NCBI GenBank assembly: GCA_025455045.1
Contig: JALONJ010000001.1
Location: 3,642 to 67,641 of the forward strand
Direction of reading: 5' to 3'
Source: Microscillaceae bacterium
GTDB lineage: Bacteria; Bacteroidota; Bacteroidia; Cytophagales; Microscillaceae
DNA length: 64,000 nt
Position numbers and translations under genes: made by a program. Under the pieces are notes generated by a model that did not search any database, was not told where the DNA came from, and worked only from the letters and a program-made list of their open reading frames with translations. Shown piece after piece: positions 27,086 through 36,430 of this stretch; the first letter of the stretch is position 1, and the number at the start of each line of letters is the position of its first letter.

Positions 27086-29335
27086 ATGAAAAAAGGTTTA
27101 ATCTTCGCTTTGATAAGTTTACTAATATTGGAACTCAAAAGCCAAACTTTAATCAAACAACCGTATCAACCAAGCCCCAAAGCCCTTGAATTTGTACAAA
27201 ACCTGATTCAAAAAATGACTTTGGAGGAAAAAATCGGGCAAATGACCCTCTTTACCAGCGACTGGGATGTAACCGGACCCACCATTCGCGCTAATTACCA
27301 AGCCGATATTCAAGCCGGTAAAGTAGGTTCAATTTTTAATGCTCATACGGCTGAATATACCCGCAAATTACAAAAAATTGCCGTCGAGCAAACCCGCCTC
27401 AAAATACCACTTTTGTTTGGTTATGATGTCATTCACGGGCATAAAACCATTTTTCCCAGTCCCTTAGCCGAGTCTTGCACTTGGGATATGGCTTTGATTG
27501 AAAAAAATGCCCATTATTCTGCCAAAGAAGCCGCCGCTTCGGGTTTGCATTGGATATTTAACCCAATGGTTGATGTTGCCCGCGACCCGCGCTGGGGGCG
27601 AGTATCCGAAGGCTCAGGCGAAGATACTTATTTGGGGAGTTTGATTGCCCAAGCCAAAGTCAAAGGCTATCAAGGCTCTAATTTGCAAGACCCATTTACA
27701 ATTTTGGCTTGTGTAAAACACTTTGCCGCCTATGGGGCTGCCCAAGCGGGGCGCGACTACCATACCGTAGATATGTCGGAGCGCGTATTGCGCGAAACGT
27801 ACCTGCCCCCTTACAAGGCGGCGATTGATGCCGGTTGCTTTTCGGTAATGACTTCTTTCAACGAATATGATGGCGTACCGGCAAGTGGTAATGCTTTTTT
27901 ATTACAAAAAATTTTGCGCCAAGAATGGAATTTTAAAGGTTTGGTAGTTACCGATTATACTTCAATGAATGAGATGGTAGCGCACGGCATTGTAGCCGAC
28001 GAAAAAGCCGCCGGTGAGCTTGCGCTCAATGCCGGAGTTGATTTGGATATGCAGGGCGCAGTATATTATAATTATTTGAAAAAAAGCCTTGCCGAAGGCA
28101 AAATCACCGAAAGGCAAATCAATGAAGCGGTCAAAAATGTGTTATTGGCAAAATATGAATTAGGCTTGTTTACTGACCCGTATCGCTATTCGGATGCAGC
28201 CCGAGAAAAAGCCACAATTTTTGCTCCCGAAATAATGAATCACGCACGGATAGCCGCCCAAAAATCCATTGTGTTGCTCAAAAACGAGCCTTTTCGGGGT
28301 AGAAAAATTCTGCCTTTAGCCAAAAACATTCAAAAAGTGGCACTTATTGGCCCTTTGGCAAATAATCAAGAAGATATGTTGGGTAATTGGCGCGCTGCCG
28401 GAGATATTTCCAAAGCAGTTACCATTTTGCAAGGTATCAAAGAAGCCCTAGGCAGCAATGCCGAAGTGAAATATGCCAAAGGCTGTGATTTTAAGGGTAA
28501 TGATACGCAGGGCTTTGAGGAAGCAATCGCCTTGGCAAAAAATGCCGAAGTAGTGATTTTGGCAATGGGCGAAAACCAAGCCCAAAGTGGCGAAGCCGCC
28601 AGTCGCTCCGACTTAGGACTGCCGGGTGTCCAACAACAATTGGTAGAAGCCATTTACAAGCTCGGCAAGCCAACGGTTATACTTTTGAGCAATGGCAGAC
28701 CCCTGACTATCAGTTGGTTAGCCGAAAACGCTCCGGCAATTCTCGAAACTTGGCATTTGGGAACAATGGCGGGCAAAGCAATTGCCGATGTTTTGTTTGG
28801 TGATTATAATCCCAGTGGCAAATTGACAATGACTTTTCCGAGGAGTGTCGGGCAAATTCCGATTTTTTATAATCCCAAAAATACTGGCAGACCCTTTAAT
28901 GCCCAAGACAAATACACCAGCAAATATTTGGATATTTCGAATGAACCTTTGTTTCCGTTTGGCTTTGGCTTGAGTTATACTGATTTTAGTTATCAAAATA
29001 TGAAATTAAATAAAAATCAACTGAAAGCGAATGATGAAATAGGGGTAAGCATTGAAGTAAAAAACATCGGCAATTTGGCAGGCGAAGAAATAGTGCAATT
29101 GTATGTGCAAGATTTGGTCGGCAGTGTTACGCGCCCCATCAAGGAATTGAAAGGATTTCAAAAAATATTATTACAAGCTGGTGAAACCAAAACGGTCAGT
29201 TTCAAACTCAAAACTCAAGATTTAGCATTTTATACTCAGGATATGAGTTTTAAGCCCGAAGCTGGAAAGTTTAAAGTAATGATTGGCACACATTCCAATT
29301 CTACCCAAGACCTGATTTTGGAGTTGGTGGATTGA
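27086..29335 (+). CDS. bglX: glycoside hydrolase family 3 beta-glucosidase (BglX-like)
   Basis: 749 aa; signal peptide; GH3 blocks (KIGQMTLF, GYDVIHGH, ARDPRWGRVSEGSGEDTYL, GLVVTDYTSM) and C-terminal fibronectin-like domain. Confidence 0.92.
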   Translation: MKKGLIFALISLLILELKSQTLIKQPYQPSPKALEFVQNLIQKMTLEEKIGQMTLFTSDWDVTGPTIRANYQADIQAGKVGSIFNAHTAEYTRKLQKIAVEQTRLKIPLLFGYDVIHGHKTIFPSPLAESCTWDMALIEKNAHYSAKEAAASGLHWIFNPMVDVARDPRWGRVSEGSGEDTYLGSLIAQAKVKGYQGSNLQDPFTILACVKHFAAYGAAQAGRDYHTVDMSERVLRETYLPPYKAAIDAGCFSVMTSFNEYDGVPASGNAFLLQKILRQEWNFKGLVVTDYTSMNEMVAHGIVADEKAAGELALNAGVDLDMQGAVYYNYLKKSLAEGKITERQINEAVKNVLLAKYELGLFTDPYRYSDAAREKATIFAPEIMNHARIAAQKSIVLLKNEPFRGRKILPLAKNIQKVALIGPLANNQEDMLGNWRAAGDISKAVTILQGIKEALGSNAEVKYAKGCDFKGNDTQGFEEAIALAKNAEVVILAMGENQAQSGEAASRSDLGLPGVQQQLVEAIYKLGKPTVILLSNGRPLTISWLAENAPAILETWHLGTMAGKAIADVLFGDYNPSGKLTMTFPRSVGQIPIFYNPKNTGRPFNAQDKYTSKYLDISNEPLFPFGFGLSYTDFSYQNMKLNKNQLKANDEIGVSIEVKNIGNLAGEEIVQLYVQDLVGSVTRPIKELKGFQKILLQAGETKTVSFKLKTQDLAFYTQDMSFKPEAGKFKVMIGTHSNSTQDLILELVD

Positions 29336-29490
29336 AGCAAGATAAATGAGTTGTGATAATTAAATTGATGTAAATATTTTAATAACTAACTCATTATCAG
29401 TTAGTTATTTTTTTAATGAATTGTTTTGATAAATATGCCCCATTCTTCTTAGCCCCCAAAAAGCGGGTCTTTCACCCAAAGATAAGAACC

Positions 29491-29519
29491 TGTAAGTAAT
29501 TGATAATCAAGTGGTTAAA
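29491..29519. repeat. Family-A palindromic repeat
   Basis: tgtaagtaat TGATAATCA agtggttaaa; flanked by aagaacctg/caggttctt. Confidence 0.9.
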
Positions 29520-29643
29520 AAACAGGTTCTTGGAAATCTTCAGACTAAGAAGCCCTATTTCGGTAGTCTCCGACTACCCTCCGCCAAAGGCGGATCACCC
29601 GCCACGCATTGCTAAAATCTAAGCAAATACACTCAATATAACG

Positions 29644-29870
29644 CACGATAAATGAATGAAAGGTCTCTGACCTTTCCGGCTTTGCCGAGCAGGTTTGGAT
29701 TGCCTAAAACGAATAATAAACACTTGATTATCAGCTACTTACATTCTTAGCCTATCGCCAAGCTACAGCCTACCACGCCATAAACCGCTTGAGGCGGTTA
29801 GAAGGTCAGAGACCTTCTTTTTCATTATTGGTTTGAAGTCTCCCTTCGGAAGACTTCAAACAACTAGGGG
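29644..29870 (+). mobile_element. Family-F MITE-like element, full copy F1 (227 nt)
   Basis: Left end cacgataaatgaatgaaaggtctctgacctttccggctttgccgagc; A core at centre; right end gaaggtcagagaccttctttttcatt (about 24/28 inverted match to left end) plus hairpin gtttgaagtctcccttcggaagacttcaaac. Confidence 0.7.
29715..29743. repeat. Family-A palindromic repeat
   Basis: aataaacact TGATTATCA gctacttaca; centre of Family-F copy F1. Confidence 0.9.
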
Positions 29871-30037
29871 CTAATCTTCAATAATGCCTTTCCAGAGCGT
29901 ATCACGTGAAATTTGCATACTCAAAGATAAGCATTTTTTCAATATTTGGAAAGATTTTTTTTACAACTAATTGATTACCAATCACTTATTCACTTTCTTT
30001 AAAACAAAAAACAAGCAGTTTTCACTACTTGTGTTTG

Positions 30038-30066
30038 TATAAAATTCTGATTATCATATACTTACA
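30038..30066. repeat. Family-A palindromic repeat
   Basis: tataaaattc TGATTATCA tatacttaca; start of truncated Family-F copy F2. Confidence 0.9.
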
Positions 30067-30186
30067 TTTATCTCTAGCCTACAGCTACTTACACCCATAA
30101 ACCGCTTGAGGCGGTTAGAATGTCCGAAGACATTCTTTTTCATTTATCGTTTTAAGTGTCCTAAGAACACTTAAAACAGCTTGGGG
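30039..30186 (+). mobile_element. Family-F MITE-like element, 5'-truncated copy F2
   Basis: Begins at the A core; ...cttacatttatctctagcctacagc...ataaaccgcttgaggcggttagaatgtccgaagacattctttttcattt... Confidence 0.6.
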
Positions 30187-30210
30187 TTAGCAAATCCGAA
30201 AGAGCTAAGA

Positions 30211-30429
30211 CATATAAATGAAAGGTCTCCGATCTTTCCGGCTTTGCCGAGCCGGTTTGGATTGCCTAAAATCAAAAATAAATACCTGATTATCAGCTAC
30301 TTACATTCTTAGCCTATCTCCAAGCTACAGCCTACCACGCTATAAACCGCTTGAAGCGGTTAGAAGGTCAGAGACCTTCTTTTTCATTGTTAGTTTGAAG
30401 TGTCCGTTGAACACTTCAAACAACAGGGG
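30211..30429 (+). mobile_element. Family-F MITE-like element, full copy F3 (219 nt)
   Basis: about 90% identical by eye to F1 over its length, including ccggctttgccgagc, the A core and gaaggtcagagaccttctttttcatt. Confidence 0.7.
30277..30305. repeat. Family-A palindromic repeat
   Basis: aataaatacc TGATTATCA gctacttaca; centre of Family-F copy F3. Confidence 0.9.
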
Positions 30430-30477
30430 CACGATAAATGAATGAAAGGTCTCCGACCTTTCCGGCTTTGCCGAGCC
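30430..30477 (+). mobile_element. Family-F left-end fragment F4
   Basis: cacgataaatgaatgaaaggtctccgacctttccggctttgccgagcc directly abutting F3. Confidence 0.6.
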
Positions 30478-30586
30478 GACCTCACTGTGCTAGATATGTA
30501 TTACTGTGCTAGGTTTCCAAACCTAGCACGAATTACTTGCACGTTTCCAACGTGCCTAGCGCGAGTACAAGCCAACTTAGAATATA

Positions 30587-30615
30587 GATAAATAATTGAT
30601 AATCAGATAATTAAC
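30587..30615. repeat. Family-A palindromic repeat
   Basis: gataaataat TGATAATCA gataattaac. Confidence 0.9.
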
Positions 30616-30646
30616 TAAAATAAAATACCTATTCTTTATTTTATTT

Positions 30647-30694
30647 CCCCTGTTGTGTCCAGCCTCCCTTCGGAAGACCGGACACAACTAGGGG
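30647..30694 (-). terminator. long hairpin about 23 nt downstream of the large histidine kinase stop codon
   Basis: cccctgttgtgtcc agcctcccttcggaagacc ggacacaactagggg; related to the Family-F terminal hairpin; no T-run. Confidence 0.4.
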
Positions 30695-30716
30695 CAATTC
30701 ATCATAAAAAACTTAT

Positions 30717-33700
30717 TTACTCCACCAAAGGTAACTCAATAAAAAAACTTGTGCCTATATCTTCTTCAGTCTCAAACCATATTCGCCCCCCGGCGTGTTC
30801 AATTCCGCGCTTCGATACTGCCAAACCAATGCCCGAACCACTGGATTTGGTGGTAAAATTGGGCATAAAAATCTTTTCCTGCGCATCGCGTGGCACACCC
30901 ACGCCATTGTCCTTGATTTCAATTTTGATTAAGCCTTCTATCTCATTGGTCAAATTAATCTCAATCGTGGGGCGGCGGTCTTCGGGGACGGCCTCAATGG
31001 CATTTTTGATTAAGTTGGTAAATATTCGCCCAATGAGTTTTTGGTCACCCCGTACATAAAACTTCCCGGCGGCAATATTGACCGTCAAATCCAGTTCATC
31101 ATTGCTATACAGACTTTGGCTATCGCGCAAAACCGCCGTAATTTCAAACCTTTCGCTGATAGGAATAGGCATTTTGGCAAACGAAGAAAAAGAAGTGGCA
31201 ATGTCGCTCAAGATTTCTACTTGGTTGAGCAAAGTTTCCAAAGAACGCTCAAACATCAAACGGACTTGTTCGCTTTGATTTTCCAGCCTTACATTCATCA
31301 TTTGCAAGGTGAGTTTCATTGGAGTAAGCGGGTTTTTGATTTCGTGGGCAACTTGCTGGGCAATTTCGCGCCAAGCTGATTCTTTTTGATTGCGCGCCAA
31401 ATCTTCTTTGCTTCGGTCAAGTTTTTTGAGCATTTTATTGTATTCTTCTACAAATAAGCCGATTTCATCTTTAGAATTCCATTCCAAAGGCTCATTGTAA
31501 TTATAAAAGGTGGTTTTTCGGATTTTTTGGGTTATCAAGCGTAAAGGAATGGTCAAAATTTGCGAAGCAAAATAAGAAAGTATGACAAAAACAATAAATA
31601 TGGAAGCAAAAATATTGATAATAGTAGATAAAACTTCGCGCAATTGCTTGTTTAATTCATAATTAGAATCAAAAAACGGAATACTTACAATGCCACTCAA
31701 TTGTACTCTGTCGGGATTAGAAAATTTAATGGGCACATACACCGATTGATATTGCAATTCGCCCGCCGATTCTTTGGCAGTTGCATAATTATTTTTTTGC
31801 CCTTTGATAACTTGCAAAGCCTCGGGGTTGAGATACGGCGAAAGCACGTCATTTTCATAAATAGCAGACTGGCTTGAGATGATTAAATAGCCACTCTCAT
31901 CAAAAATATTGATGTCCAACTCGGCATATTGAGCTATTTGCCCCAAATTTTGGGCTAGTTGTTCTTTGGAGGTTTTGTTGTCGCGGAAATTTGCCAAATA
32001 AGGGGCTAAATTACGGGCAATTCCTTCGGTTTTGAAGACAAAATCATCATTAAAATTTTGGCGATAGCTCGCACTCAAAATGCTCAAAGTAGTAATGCTC
32101 ACCGTAAACAAAGGCAAAAAGAAGGCAATATTCAAATAAAACTGAATACGGGTGGCAAAAGTAACCTGCACACCTTGCGTGCGTTGCCTCAAGCTATAAA
32201 TCACCAACCAAACTACTATCACCAAAACCAATAACAAAAACAGGAAGGCAAAATTTGAAAATATATCCTGCCAATCATAAATAGGCGATGACACCACTAC
32301 GCGCTTCTTAAAACCGCCCTGTACCGCCAAATGCTCAAAACCGGCGTGCGCAATGCCTTGCAAAAAAATAGCATCGAGGTCAAAAAGGCGATTTTTGAAA
32401 TTTTTGTCATAATTATAAGCCCCCACACTATATACCAAGAGGCTGTCTTCATAAATGGCATAGCTAAAGGCTTTGGTCTCGGGCGCGGGCAAGTAGTTCT
32501 TATCCACCAAAAGCTCAGGATATACATTGGTAGGTGTCGCTTTTTTTTGTTTTAAATCAATGATTAAATAACCCGGCAGATTAGCTTCCTCATTATCCAA
32601 TTTTACAAAAACCAAGTAGCGTTTTATCAAATTGACCCCGGGTTTGTCCACAAACCAAATTTCCTCATTGCCGGTATCATAAAATATTTTTTGGTAATTA
32701 TCGCGGTAGTAGGAATATGAGCCTTCGGTTTCGCTCTCCTGATTGATGGGCTTGCCATCATCTGCCTTAAATGTCAGAATTTGTACTTCGTATTTATCAA
32801 AATAATTGCCCAAATAATTTTTGCGAATTTTTTGTCTGATTTCACCACTTTTGTTTTGTAGCGTATCAAACAAGCCAATGATTTGGGGGTCTTTGCGAAT
32901 CAACTCAGTAGCTTGGCTCAATAAATTTTCGGCTAATTCATCGTTTTCGGGCAGTAGTCGATTGGCAAATCGGCGTTTTTCTTCAACACCTTTTTGTTTG
33001 CCAAAATTATAAATTGCATAAGTCCCCACGCCCGCGCACAACATTGCTCCCAAAAACAAATAAATAGAAGATAAGTAATTGAAACGATACAAATTTTTGG
33101 GTAATTTGAGCTGAAACAAACCCCAAAACACAATGCAATTTAGCAACAAAGGCAAAAACAAAGCCGGATAATAATAATATAAACTACTGATAATCAATAA
33201 ATTAATTAAAAAAAATAAACCAAACGCACGCAAAACTCGATGGGCATTGATTTGCAAAAATAAACGAATCAACAAGTGATGAATCAAAAAATAATATGCC
33301 GACAACAGCCCAAATATGAGCAAACCCATCAAATGGAAAAAATTGAAATCAATATTTCGGGTAATATCAATCTCGAGTCTCGAGTGAATAAAAATAAAAT
33401 TGAGTGTAATAAAATAGCTGATAATCAATCCATTAGATAAGACAATTACTACTATAGACCAAATGATTTTTTGGCTGTCAAGGTGTCGTATGACCATTCG
33501 GGTTACTCGAGCGCGCGGGAAGTACCGCAACGCATAATACACCCAAAACCCCAAAACCAATAAATGTAGAAGCAAATCACCAAGCGAATGTGTAAACCAA
33601 TAGTTGGGAAACCATTGTTGGTCAAAAATTTCCCATTGGGGCAAACCAAAAGCCCTTTGCCAAAGCCAAATCACCGCCCGTACACCCAACAAATATGCCA

Positions 33701-34442
33701 ACCAAAACACCAAACTTAGCTCGTAGTTTTTCTGTTTTTCGTAATACTTCGTCCAAATTCGGACTTGTAAGCCAATTGCCAGAAGCATAGGAATCAAAAA
33801 AAAGCCTAACAAGTAAAACTTTAATTGATTGACAGTCAATAATTTATCTTTGGGAATTAGACTAAACAAGTATTCTTGCGCGGGCGACCATACATCTAAA
33901 TCATTTTTTTGGGATTGGGTTTCGAGGGCAAACCGCGCCTCTTTAAAAATCTCAGGATTAAGCCCTGATTTCAAGTACGCATTTTCAACTTTGTACTTGC
34001 GATAGATGGGCAACAATGAAAAAATCTCCAAAGTATCATCGGGCAAGCTCACCTTTTGTCCGGCTACCACAAAATCACCAATTTTAAACTTACGAAAGCT
34101 AAACGGCTGATTATGAGGAAGTTCGGCATATTCCGGCACAAAATGATAATCGCTCCAGTACAATATTTTTTTATTCAAAAATATAAAATAAGGATATTTT
34201 GTGGGGTTTTTGCCGGTTTGGAAAGCCAACCAACCTTTTGCTTGCACTTTGCGCTGGATTTCGCGCGTATCGGTGTCCAAACGACTAAGTGCCTGCCGAA
34301 GTTGGGCTTGGACCGGCGCAATCAAAGTATCGCGGGTTTTGATTTGTTGATTGGGCAATAAAAAATAAACGGCAATCAGACCAATTAGCCCAACTAGCCC
34401 CAAAATTCCCATAAAATAGCGATTTGCAAACAGGTTTTTCAA
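30717..34442 (-). CDS. very large multi-pass membrane sensor histidine kinase (NtrY-like HisKA + HATPase_c)
   Basis: 1241 aa; N-terminal TM, ~200-aa extracytoplasmic segment, cluster of about 10 hydrophobic helices, second ~280-aa loop, HAMP-like region, H-box AQQVAHEIKNPLTPM, N/G boxes (NLIKNAIEAV, DNGVGVP, GSGIGLAV). Confidence 0.88.
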   Translation of the reverse strand: MKNLFANRYFMGILGLVGLIGLIAVYFLLPNQQIKTRDTLIAPVQAQLRQALSRLDTDTREIQRKVQAKGWLAFQTGKNPTKYPYFIFLNKKILYWSDYHFVPEYAELPHNQPFSFRKFKIGDFVVAGQKVSLPDDTLEIFSLLPIYRKYKVENAYLKSGLNPEIFKEARFALETQSQKNDLDVWSPAQEYLFSLIPKDKLLTVNQLKFYLLGFFLIPMLLAIGLQVRIWTKYYEKQKNYELSLVFWLAYLLGVRAVIWLWQRAFGLPQWEIFDQQWFPNYWFTHSLGDLLLHLLVLGFWVYYALRYFPRARVTRMVIRHLDSQKIIWSIVVIVLSNGLIISYFITLNFIFIHSRLEIDITRNIDFNFFHLMGLLIFGLLSAYYFLIHHLLIRLFLQINAHRVLRAFGLFFLINLLIISSLYYYYPALFLPLLLNCIVFWGLFQLKLPKNLYRFNYLSSIYLFLGAMLCAGVGTYAIYNFGKQKGVEEKRRFANRLLPENDELAENLLSQATELIRKDPQIIGLFDTLQNKSGEIRQKIRKNYLGNYFDKYEVQILTFKADDGKPINQESETEGSYSYYRDNYQKIFYDTGNEEIWFVDKPGVNLIKRYLVFVKLDNEEANLPGYLIIDLKQKKATPTNVYPELLVDKNYLPAPETKAFSYAIYEDSLLVYSVGAYNYDKNFKNRLFDLDAIFLQGIAHAGFEHLAVQGGFKKRVVVSSPIYDWQDIFSNFAFLFLLLVLVIVVWLVIYSLRQRTQGVQVTFATRIQFYLNIAFFLPLFTVSITTLSILSASYRQNFNDDFVFKTEGIARNLAPYLANFRDNKTSKEQLAQNLGQIAQYAELDINIFDESGYLIISSQSAIYENDVLSPYLNPEALQVIKGQKNNYATAKESAGELQYQSVYVPIKFSNPDRVQLSGIVSIPFFDSNYELNKQLREVLSTIINIFASIFIVFVILSYFASQILTIPLRLITQKIRKTTFYNYNEPLEWNSKDEIGLFVEEYNKMLKKLDRSKEDLARNQKESAWREIAQQVAHEIKNPLTPMKLTLQMMNVRLENQSEQVRLMFERSLETLLNQVEILSDIATSFSSFAKMPIPISERFEITAVLRDSQSLYSNDELDLTVNIAAGKFYVRGDQKLIGRIFTNLIKNAIEAVPEDRRPTIEINLTNEIEGLIKIEIKDNGVGVPRDAQEKIFMPNFTTKSSGSGIGLAVSKRGIEHAGGRIWFETEEDIGTSFFIELPLVE

Positions 34443-34552
34443 ATGATATGTCTCAAATTTTTAATTAAAATCCGCTTTACAAACATAATTACAAAAAGTT
34501 TGCAAAAAAATTTTCCAATGCCAAATCCCATCATTTAATTCTTGATTTTTTT

Positions 34553-34581
34553 GATAAATCTTTGATTATCAGAGATTTATA
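34553..34581. repeat. Family-A palindromic repeat
   Basis: gataaatctt TGATTATCA gagatttata. Confidence 0.9.
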
Positions 34582-34703
34582 TAATTCAGATTGTTGCCAA
34601 CTCATTCATAAATTGGCAATTCTCCTCCTCAATCTCAAACAAAAAAAACAAACTATACCTCCACGGTACTTTTTTTGGAATAAATAAGAAATCAACAATA
34701 ATT

Positions 34704-34732
34704 CATAAGTACCTGATAATCAAACCTTTATA
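34704..34732. repeat. Family-A palindromic repeat
   Basis: cataagtacc TGATAATCA aacctttata. Confidence 0.9.
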
Positions 34733-34891
34733 TATTTGACAAATTTTTCAAAGCCGATTTTTGGAATAAAATATAAGTTATTTTGGGTAATAAACTCGAA
34801 AATAATCAGGCTTTTACCTACATTTGGAATAAAATTGATAAATCAAGACAAAAAACATTCAACATATTAAAAATTAGGCTGTTGTATTGAT

Positions 34892-35440
34892 ATGGAATAT
34901 CTTAAGGAACTCAAGCAAATGCTGTCAATTAATAATCCGGTGATTGAGTATCAGGGGGTTATCAATCAAGAAGTAATCTTGAAAACTCTGAGCGAGCTGG
35001 AAAAATTGATGGATAGTTTTGGAGAAAAACTTAAGATTACGCGCAAAGCCTTTACTATCATTACCGAATGTTTGCAAAATATTGTCCGCTATTCCGACAA
35101 ATCCGACAACCCCCTCGCCCACCCTATCTTTATATTTGATCGCCAAGATACGCAATATGTCATAGCCTCGGGCAATTTGGTAAGCCAAGAAAAAGCGCAA
35201 AAGCTCCAAAACCGCTTACTCGAACTCAATCAACTCGATTGGTTGGGTATTCAAGAAGCCTATCGTGATGTAATTCGCAAAAATATGAAAGAAAAAGACC
35301 CCGAACGCGACCGCAATAGTGCCGGACTGGGTTTTATAGAAATGGCACGCAAATCAGAACAAAAATTCATTTTTAAAATAATGGAATTTGATGCTAATTG
35401 TAGTTATTTTTTGTTGGGAATCCGCATTTTGAAAGATTAA
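34892..35440 (+). CDS. SiaB-like / DUF6272 GHKL-fold protein kinase-like protein
   Basis: 182 aa; ITECLQNIVRYS and NSAGLGFIEMARKS resemble the N and G boxes of anti-sigma-type serine kinases; family recalled from memory. Confidence 0.55.
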   Translation: MEYLKELKQMLSINNPVIEYQGVINQEVILKTLSELEKLMDSFGEKLKITRKAFTIITECLQNIVRYSDKSDNPLAHPIFIFDRQDTQYVIASGNLVSQEKAQKLQNRLLELNQLDWLGIQEAYRDVIRKNMKEKDPERDRNSAGLGFIEMARKSEQKFIFKIMEFDANCSYFLLGIRILKD

Positions 35441-35516
35441 GGACTTCATTAAGCCCCTCACTCCTACCCTCCGACTATCAAACAGCTCAAGCAACTATGG
35501 TTTTTTGACCATTTTG

Positions 35517-35591
35517 AGGAAATTCTAGCTGATGCTAAACCTAGAACTTAGGTACGCGGGCAGGCTAGACAGCCTGCGCTACAATTATCCT
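35517..35591 (-). repeat. Family-B GC-hairpin repeat, about 75-nt full copy
   Basis: aggaaattctagctgatgctaaacctagaacttaggtacgcggGCAGGCTagacAGCCTGCgctacaattatcct. Confidence 0.8.
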
Positions 35592-35619
35592 GAAAAGTGG
35601 TAAAGAATCACAAACACAT

Positions 35620-35648
35620 CATAAGTATTTGATTATCAATCACTTACA
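35620..35648. repeat. Family-A palindromic repeat
   Basis: cataagtatt TGATTATCA atcacttaca. Confidence 0.9.
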
Positions 35649-35683
35649 AAAAATCAAGCTAAACAATAGGAAAAAGTATAAGT

Positions 35684-36430
35684 CTATTGCACATCTTTGG
35701 CACATCTAAAACCGATGCTAAAAGCGGCAGTTTCGGGTAGCGCGTAAGACCGCATTGAAGGGCGAAAAACCCTACTCGCGCCGGAGTTGGCAGAAGTAGC
35801 AGAGGCAGTACCGCCTTTGAGGGTTTTTTGGCGATTGAGTTCTTGTTTACGATAATAAGAATTTTGGTCGTAGCGGGTGTACCAATTATCACACCATTGC
35901 CAAAGCGCGCCTTCTAAGTTTTGCAAGCCCAATTTTTCGGCTTGGTGGGCGGCATATTCCAACTCAAATTCATTGGGCAGGCGTTTGCCCAGCCAATTGG
36001 CGTAGGCTTTGGCATCATTCCAACTCACCTGACGAACCGGCTCATCACCGGCTGCTTTGGGCTGATTGCGCCCTTGCGGGTACTCCCAGGTAGCCCCGGG
36101 AATAGTCATCCATTTGCCACTGGCTTCATCGTAGCTCATTCCTTCGCCTTTTTTTTCGGCATCGGTGATATAACGATTGATTTTGACAAATAATCGGAAC
36201 TGTGCCACCGTTACAGGATTTTTATCCAAATAAAAAGGCATCAAGTCGGTGCTAAATACGGGTTTTTCGTTGTCCAAGCCCTCATTAGAGCCTATTTTGG
36301 TACGTCCGCCTTTGAGCAATACCATATTTTCGGGAGTTTTGTCAGGGTTTTGGGCGGTAAGCGATTGATTATCAAGCAGATAAGAATTGAGAAACGTATA
36401 AATAATGAGGGTAATTCTAAACATTGGCAC
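35684..36430 (-). CDS. formylglycine-generating enzyme (SUMF1/FGE-sulfatase) family protein
   Basis: 248 aa; MVLLKGGRTKIGS, VSWNDAKAYANWLGKRLPNEFELEYAA, C-terminal IGFRCAKD; the N-terminal signal-like peptide overlaps a Family-A core at 36366, so the start is uncertain. Confidence 0.8.
   Translation of the reverse strand: MPMFRITLIIYTFLNSYLLDNQSLTAQNPDKTPENMVLLKGGRTKIGSNEGLDNEKPVFSTDLMPFYLDKNPVTVAQFRLFVKINRYITDAEKKGEGMSYDEASGKWMTIPGATWEYPQGRNQPKAAGDEPVRQVSWNDAKAYANWLGKRLPNEFELEYAAHQAEKLGLQNLEGALWQWCDNWYTRYDQNSYYRKQELNRQKTLKGGTASATSANSGASRVFRPSMRSYALPETAAFSIGFRCAKDVQ

Noticed and set aside
29600-30480. Possible CRISPR array (regularly recurring ~220-nt similarity)
   Set aside because: The units are about 220 nt with internal hairpins and terminal inverted repeats. 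There are no short repeats alternating with unique spacers and no cas genes. The 21-bp array at 17883-18008 has no spacers either.
35684-35830. C-terminus of the FGE/C-type-lectin-fold protein as a diversity-generating retroelement variable region
   Set aside because: DGR targets often use this fold. However, I find no template-repeat copy of this ~120-nt segment and no reverse transcriptase gene anywhere in the window.
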